IMG/VR virus record: IMGVR_UViG_3300034071_000801
Span: 1 to 64,000 of that record
DNA: 64,000 nucleotides
Direction: 5' to 3' (one strand)
Origin: a virus
Lineage: Duplodnaviria; Caudoviricetes
In this document: piece after piece, positions 57,825 through 64,000 of the stretch
Layout of the letters: every line of letters starts with the position of its first letter
Numbering within the stretch: position 1 is the stretch's first letter
Notes under the pieces: generated by a model
The model's input: the letters and a program-made list of their open reading frames with translations, nothing else
What the model was told of the DNA's origin: nothing
Database searches by the model: none
Translations under genes and position numbers: made by a program

Positions 57825-59216
57825 TTATAATTTAATTTGTTGTTCACCTACACCTTTAGCATAGCTGAACACTTCCAATTCTTCTGTCACCTTAATCTGT
57901 TTACCATCTGTCTCAAGACAAAGATCTCTCAACTCATCACTAAATTGCATTAATGATATGGCATTCACTTTATAAGGAAACTTCTCTGTGTTGATATCAT
58001 CTTGACCATCATTGATGATTAAGATCTCTGGCTTCTCTTCTGATAAATCAATATCAAGATTGTGAAGCTTACGATCAGCTATCTCTTTAGCTACATAATT
58101 AACCATATCACCAATTTCTGTTCCTCCACCATTAGGATCATTAGAGAATGTTTGCCAAAATGCAATTACATCTTCTCTATCCTTTATGTGTTTGAACTCT
58201 AAGTCTTCTGGATTATGTACAAAATAACTAAAGAACACTTCAGCTTCACCTCTCATAACATACTTGAATCTGTCTATTAATATAGCATTTACCCAAATCT
58301 GTTTCTCTTCTTCATTCATACTACCAGAATAATCTAATAGAATGATAATCTTCTGAATCTGCTCTTTTCTATCAACAGGAACATTCACTGTTAAGTCTTT
58401 AGTTAAGAATTTAGTTCTGAAATTAGGAAACATCTTCTGATATAATGGCATCATGTGTATTTGAGCATAATCTCTCATAATCATTGTTGCATATTGATCA
58501 GAATTAGCCACTATCTTCTCAGATATCTCTTTCTCCACCTTAAACTCATTACCAAACTTACCAACAAGAGATATATGATTCATAATCTCCATCTTCTTAT
58601 CCTTGCTTAGTTCATTTAGATCTAATTGTTCATTGATATCTGGATCAGAATAAAGACTTCTATCAAAATCAAATGTTTTTGTTGGATCCACTTCATCATC
58701 TTCATCATTATCATCTTTTTCTTTACCAGATGATTCTTTAAGCTTCAGATAGATAGCAATAGCTTGTTCAAGAGGTGTAAATCCTGGAACATATTGTTCA
58801 TATACAGCATCAAGCAAAGGTTTCTTCTTTAGATATTCTCCTTTGTCTTCATCAGATAAATTATCTACATCTTTATACTTATCAGCTATATATTCTGTTT
58901 CATCAATCATCTTGAAATAGCACACACGTGCTAACTCTTTGATCAAATCAATAGATGCTTGCTTCTTAACACCTCTCACCTTAGCTTTGATGTCTTTAGC
59001 ACTTGGTGTTAGATAATTGACTGGATCTTTAACAAATAGATCTTCATCATTATCTTCATATGATACAACAAATGAGAAATTAGACCAAGAACTCTTGGAC
59101 CATCCACTACCACCATATTTACTTTTCCAGCCTCCACTACTCTTCTTAGGAGTATAGGAAGGGGCATAATAATCACCGTAGTAATCATCATACCCATTAT
59201 CCCATAAACTTGCCAT
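57825..59216 (-). CDS. VWA (MIDAS) domain protein, partner of the MoxR ATPase
   Basis: LLDYSGSM, GGGTEI and LIINDGQD. Confidence 0.85.
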   Translation of the reverse strand: MASLWDNGYDDYYGDYYAPSYTPKKSSGGWKSKYGGSGWSKSSWSNFSFVVSYEDNDEDLFVKDPVNYLTPSAKDIKAKVRGVKKQASIDLIKELARVCYFKMIDETEYIADKYKDVDNLSDEDKGEYLKKKPLLDAVYEQYVPGFTPLEQAIAIYLKLKESSGKEKDDNDEDDEVDPTKTFDFDRSLYSDPDINEQLDLNELSKDKKMEIMNHISLVGKFGNEFKVEKEISEKIVANSDQYATMIMRDYAQIHMMPLYQKMFPNFRTKFLTKDLTVNVPVDRKEQIQKIIILLDYSGSMNEEEKQIWVNAILIDRFKYVMRGEAEVFFSYFVHNPEDLEFKHIKDREDVIAFWQTFSNDPNGGGTEIGDMVNYVAKEIADRKLHNLDIDLSEEKPEILIINDGQDDINTEKFPYKVNAISLMQFSDELRDLCLETDGKQIKVTEELEVFSYAKGVGEQQIKL

Positions 59217-60556
59217 TATATGAATGAAGCAATTTGAAGGTTCTTAGCAAACTTATCCATAGCTTGTGTAGCAGCTTTCACTAATTGTGAATGTATTTGT
59301 GCAATATCATCACTCACTGCTAATCCTTTGATGTCTGTCAATTGTTTAGTAAGATCACCAAGAGCATCTCTGTACATCTTCTCATCATCTCTAGATACCA
59401 ATGGTAAATGAGTTAGAGTTTCAATACTGAATGTAAGAGATGCAGATAAATCTCTGAACTTAATTGTAGCCTCAAACTTCTTAATAGCTTCAGCTATCAA
59501 TGATGGTTTCTTAGAGAACTCAGCAATAAAGCTTAATGATTCTGGTCCACATTGGTCATACACTTGATATGCTGTTACAGCTACACGTGGACTAATTGTA
59601 ATACCATTCTTTGCATACTCTTGTAACAAATAAGGAATCACTGGATCCACATTGTCTACACCAAACTTACTTTCTAGTAATTTGTTGTAGCTGATCTCTG
59701 TGTAATTATCCCAGATAACATTCAATTCAAGAGGAAATCTTTCCATCAATGCTTTCAATGACATATTCTTTGAGAATTCATCACGAGTTCTATTAGTACA
59801 ACAGATGATGAATTTAGTCTCAATAGGAAATATCTGTGTACCATTTCTAAATGTACCACTTGATAATATATCCTTTAATTGCTCTAAGATGAAATCAGGA
59901 GCATCAAACATCTCTTCGAATATAACAAAAGGATGATTCATAAATGAATTCTCTACAAGATATTCTATTTTACCTGTCTTCTCAAACATAGGTATATCAA
60001 GACCACCAAACAATCTATCTGTTGTCATACCTGTACCCATTGTAATAACATAAGGTTCAATACCTTTTGATTTTAGAAAATCAAGTGTCATTTCTGATTT
60101 ACCATGTCCTCCTGGACCATATAAAACTACATTTTTACCTGTTTGAAACCCTACATTAAGGACATTTACTGTTTTGTCCATAAATACGAACTTCTCTGCT
60201 ACTGGATTTGCTTTTGCTGATTTCTTTACTTGTGTTGCCATTGTTTTTTCTTTTGTTATTAAGGAATTGTTTAATTTAATTTGTTCTAATACTTCTTCTA
60301 TGTTTACTTCTTCTATTTCTTTGATGATACAATTGTTTGATCGGAACACCCAACCATTTATTTCAAATGTATCATCTCTCTCAATGTATTTAATGAATTT
60401 ATCAGGAACCTCTTGTTCCATATAATCATTCATATCACCACCTTCAGCCCATTCATCTGGTATATCATATTCATCATTCCAAAGACCATCATCTTTAAAC
60501 TCTTGTTCACTTTTAAATCTATATTTACTCATAGCTTTGATATAAAAGAGAGCCAT
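59216..60556 (-). CDS. MoxR/RavA-like AAA+ ATPase with an N-terminal extension (probable internal start at 60241)
   Basis: LYGPGGHGKS, IFEEMFDA, CTN and ALMERFP. Confidence 0.85.
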   Translation of the reverse strand: MALFYIKAMSKYRFKSEQEFKDDGLWNDEYDIPDEWAEGGDMNDYMEQEVPDKFIKYIERDDTFEINGWVFRSNNCIIKEIEEVNIEEVLEQIKLNNSLITKEKTMATQVKKSAKANPVAEKFVFMDKTVNVLNVGFQTGKNVVLYGPGGHGKSEMTLDFLKSKGIEPYVITMGTGMTTDRLFGGLDIPMFEKTGKIEYLVENSFMNHPFVIFEEMFDAPDFILEQLKDILSSGTFRNGTQIFPIETKFIICCTNRTRDEFSKNMSLKALMERFPLELNVIWDNYTEISYNKLLESKFGVDNVDPVIPYLLQEYAKNGITISPRVAVTAYQVYDQCGPESLSFIAEFSKKPSLIAEAIKKFEATIKFRDLSASLTFSIETLTHLPLVSRDDEKMYRDALGDLTKQLTDIKGLAVSDDIAQIHSQLVKAATQAMDKFAKNLQIASFI

Positions 60557-60573
60557 TACAGCTCTCTTGTTAG

Positions 60574-63110
60574 TTATTCATTAATGATGTCAATTGGATA
60601 ATCTTCATCATCATTTTCTTCTTCAGATCCACTAATGATATCAAACATATCACCTATGTCTCTCAACTTTTCACCTAAATGTTTAGCAAGATTCTTGAGA
60701 GCTTCTGTAGTTAGACTATCTAACCATTCTTGTTGCTTCTCTTGTGTACAATCTTCAAACACTGTAGGTTGTCTTCTCTTATCACCTGGAAGTGTATCAA
60801 ATATATACACACCAGATAGATTTCTTCTTGTTGGACTAGTCATCATCACCATCTCCTTCTTCTTCTTGCTGTTTTCTAGCTAAGTCTTTAAGGAAATTAC
60901 CAAGTTCTGGTGGTAATGAATCACCATCAATTGGATCACCTGCACTACGACCTTCTGTAAGTTGATCAAGCATCTCTTTGATGTGAGGTGGAAGATCATC
61001 ACCATCTAATTTAATAGATTTAACTGAATCTTTCATACGCTCAAATTTATCTTTTAAACTATCTGCAAATCCATCTAGTTTATCTTGTAAATAGAATGAT
61101 GACATCACAACTAATTGAGAATAGCTAAATTCATTAGCACATGTCTCTACCAATAAACTTGGTGACATATCATCTTTTACTTCTTTGTTCTCATCAAAGA
61201 CGAACTCTTTTAATGTACTTGCAATTTGATCTTGTAGATCAGTCATGTAAGCATCTGTTACACCAATTGCATTGTTAAGCTTTTTTTGACCATGGTCAAA
61301 GGTGAAAATACTTGTTTGTGTACTCATGTTATTAAGGATTTAATTGATTACTGGTTTATTGTTTGTCTAATGTCTATTGTTCTTTCTCTTATAATTCCAT
61401 TTCTGAAATTATATATCACTTCTACGATTAATCTCTTAGCTTTAATTGCTTTAAATCTATCTGTTGATGCTACTAATGTACCTTTGTTCACTCTAGGTCT
61501 CATAAAACAAGTTTTAATATTGATGTTATTAGATTAAATGCTACTAATGAATAGAAACATATCTTAAGAACTCTATTCTCTTTCTTATAGAGAGTGATTA
61601 ATCTATCAGCTATGCGTAGCCTTTCATCTTTAAGCTTAATCAGCTCATCAGCTGTTTGTAATGCTTGTTGTTGCATATCTATCAATTCATTCATTGATTG
61701 TAATGCATCTTCTAAATTTCTTTCTTTAATTGCCATTGTTATTTGATTTAATTGATTATTTATTTGAGATCATCATACCAATAAGAATTGGTAATGTAAA
61801 AGGACTTAATAAAAATATTACCCATTCTTTTGATGTAATTGTATCAACTGATTCATTTGCTTGAATCATCATACCTAGCATAACTAGGTATGATATAATA
61901 ATATATGTTGTCATCATAATCCAATAAGATTATCAAAACAACTCTCTAACAAGAATGTTAGTTGTTGTCTTTCATGAAACAATATGTCTTGTTGCTCTTC
62001 AATCACATGTATGTTTGTATCATCATGTGCATCTCTTAGACTATCTAATGCATGTATTTCATTCTTGATAGTCTGTAACCTTTGTTCAATGATTTCTGTT
62101 CTCATATTTAATAGTTGTTAAGTTTTTCTTCAAGATCACATCCTACAATAACACTTGGTATCCAACCAAATATCATCATACATATTAATGTTCCAACATT
62201 TGTGTAACATTCTTTTAATGACATATCAGATAATAAATATCCAATAAGACTCATAAGAGTCCATGTAGCAATAAGCGTAGCTATTATAGCTAACATAATT
62301 TTTGTTGATTTCATTTTATTTGTTATTAAGGAGTTTGTATTGTAAAATCATTTGTAGTTATTCATAGCGAAAATGACCCCTCATTTGTTGTTTGAAGGTA
62401 TATATGTACTACATCCTACTGTTCTAGGACTGTAAATGATTTAGAATTTCCAATGTTCTTCAAAATCTGGTGTATAACCAGTCTTATCTACTAATGGTCT
62501 AGACTTATCTATTAACCATCTCACTTTATATCTACCAAGCTTATCTTGTTTGATTGTCTGTAAACATCTATCACCAAGAACAGCTTTAAAGCCTTCAGCA
62601 CTCTTTAGACTGTTGAAGACTCGTGTAGCATATCTTTGTTCTTTATTCTTCATAATATAATGGTGACATATCTAGTTTAAATATTCTTCTCTGCCATATT
62701 ATTCTAAATGCTTCTATTTCATCAGATGTAAACCACATACTGTCTGTATGTAATACATTTTTACCAATCCACCAAGAGAAATGATAATGCTTGTTATACA
62801 TATCACTAATTTCTTCGTGTTTATACATAGCAAGTTCACTATGATAATCTTCTAATGGATCATAATAGAACTCATCATCATTATCACTATCATCATAATA
62901 ATCATCATCGTAATCATTATATTCAACTATTATTGGACTATATTGATCAAAGACTTCTTCTTCTAATATATAATAATGATCTATACCATCATAGTTTATA
63001 AGATCATCTAAATATCTATCTGCATCTTCTCTATGAAGAAACATCTTTCTATTGTGTGGAGCATAATAGTCATCATTATAATGCTTCCAATGTGCTGTAA
63101 ATATATTCAT
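60574..63110 (-). other. Array of small early hypothetical genes (60574-~60843, 60836-61327, 61500-61736, 61914-62105, 62108-62314, 62441-62653, 62643-63110)
   Basis: Co-oriented small ORFs, several preceded by TCCTTAATAA. Confidence 0.65.
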
Positions 63111-63471
63111 ATTATTAAGGAGTTTTAAAATTATATAAACAATCAATTATAGCAAACTTCCTATTGCTCTTCTATTATTGTACCACAGTATTGGTAATTG
63201 ATTGTTATTTAAAAAGGCCCGTAGAAGAGCCTATAATTATTATTCTATATAAGAAGAAAGTTTATCTCTAAGTAATAACATATCTTCTGATTCATTACCT
63301 GATTCAAACATATATACTCTTATTGTATATAATAACTCTTGTATCTCTTCCTTGGTTAGTTCTACTACCATAATGCTATATTTATTGGTTATGTTCGTTG
63401 ATTATTATGTTTATTATTTATGCTCTATTATTGTGTCTATGTCTCCACTGCTATGTTTTTATTGTCACATA

Positions 63472-63616
63472 AAACTTTTTACGAGGGAGAAATAAACTTT
63501 TTACTCCTATATATATAGGTGTAGTCTATTTCTTTAGGTTTCCCACCCAAATGTTCTATGAACCCACCCTTATATATATAATGTATAAACTTTTTACTAC
63601 GGAGAAATAAACTTTT
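63472..63616. repeat. Two 30-bp direct repeats AAACTTTTTAC-nnn-GGAGAAATAAACTTTT
   Basis: Copies at 63472-63501 and 63587-63616 (they differ only inside the nnn triplet), flanking two CCCACCC and (TA)n runs. Confidence 0.8.
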
Positions 63617-63662
63617 AATATAATAACAAGCCCAAATTAATGGGCTTGCTATTGCATTGCTA

Positions 63663-64000
63663 TTAAACAGCAATGAGGTCTTCGAAATTGATTGCTCTTT
63701 TAGCAACTTCTTTCTTAAGCATATCGTCTGTGATATTAGTTCTTGTGCTTGACATGTCTGTTGCACCTGTGAAACCAATAGAATAAAGAACCAATTGTTT
63801 TTCCTCTCCTGTTTCTTCGTCTATTACCATGTAAGGCTGACCAAAGTTTGCGTCATTCTCGTCTGTAATAGTTTGAGGAAGTTCAAGGATTGGTAATGTA
63901 GCAACATTCTCCAATCTTTCTTTCAACTCGCTTGCTGAAGATGATTCACGCAACCAATCTCCTACAGGTTTAGAACAATTAACGTATTCATAATCTCCTG
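63663..64000 (-). CDS. Hypothetical protein, 5'-partial
   Basis: Frame stays open to the window edge; hairpin CAAGCCCA/TGGGCTTG lies just downstream. Confidence 0.65.
   Translation of the reverse strand, partial: GDYEYVNCSKPVGDWLRESSSASELKERLENVATLPILELPQTITDENDANFGQPYMVIDEETGEEKQLVLYSIGFTGATDMSSTRTNITDDMLKKEVAKRAINFEDLIAV

Noticed and set aside
63479-63778. 99-aa minus-strand ORF
   Set aside because: Overlaps the 63663 gene out of frame and runs through the repeat and (TA)n block.
1-64000. Stop-codon reassignment as in some crAss-like phages
   Set aside because: Long genes are intact in code 11, all three stops terminate genes, and no suppressor tRNA was seen.

Overview
An AT-rich bacteriophage genome segment that most resembles a Crassvirales (crAss-like) phage of a Bacteroidota host. 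The host inference rests on repeated TAnnTTTG (-7) and TTTG (-33) promoters and a tmRNA tag that resumes on a Gly codon. The standard genetic code is used throughout. The plus strand (1-24.5 kb) holds late/virion genes: the C-terminal part of a giant virion RNA polymerase-type protein with NADAR and Dda/RecD-like helicase modules, a second giant cargo protein, fibre/decoration proteins, a sulfotransferase-glycosyltransferase-APS kinase-nucleotidyltransferase operon, a lysis cassette, poly-Thr proteins flanking an HPAT/SERGT-like glycosyltransferase, and a cluster of Lys-rich proteins with xxGG motifs. A bidirectional terminator at 24.5 kb separates this from the minus-strand block: GT2, GroES, thioredoxin, RecA, exonuclease, rIIB, rIIA split by a group I intron with a LAGLIDADG gene, UDG, primase, SSB, AAA ATPase, SF2 helicase, DnaB, PolB, many small early genes and MoxR/VWA. 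The most unusual part is a minus-strand RNA operon at 55.9-57.8 kb: host-type promoter, ~590-nt highly structured RNA, tmRNA with a 37-codon tag and a T-loop group I intron carrying an antisense homing endonuclease, degenerate tRNA, ~150-nt structured RNA, terminator. The second highlight is an inferred system for glycosylating and sulfating mucin-like poly-Thr tracts on virion proteins. All calls come from reading motifs by eye; no database searches or folding programs were run.
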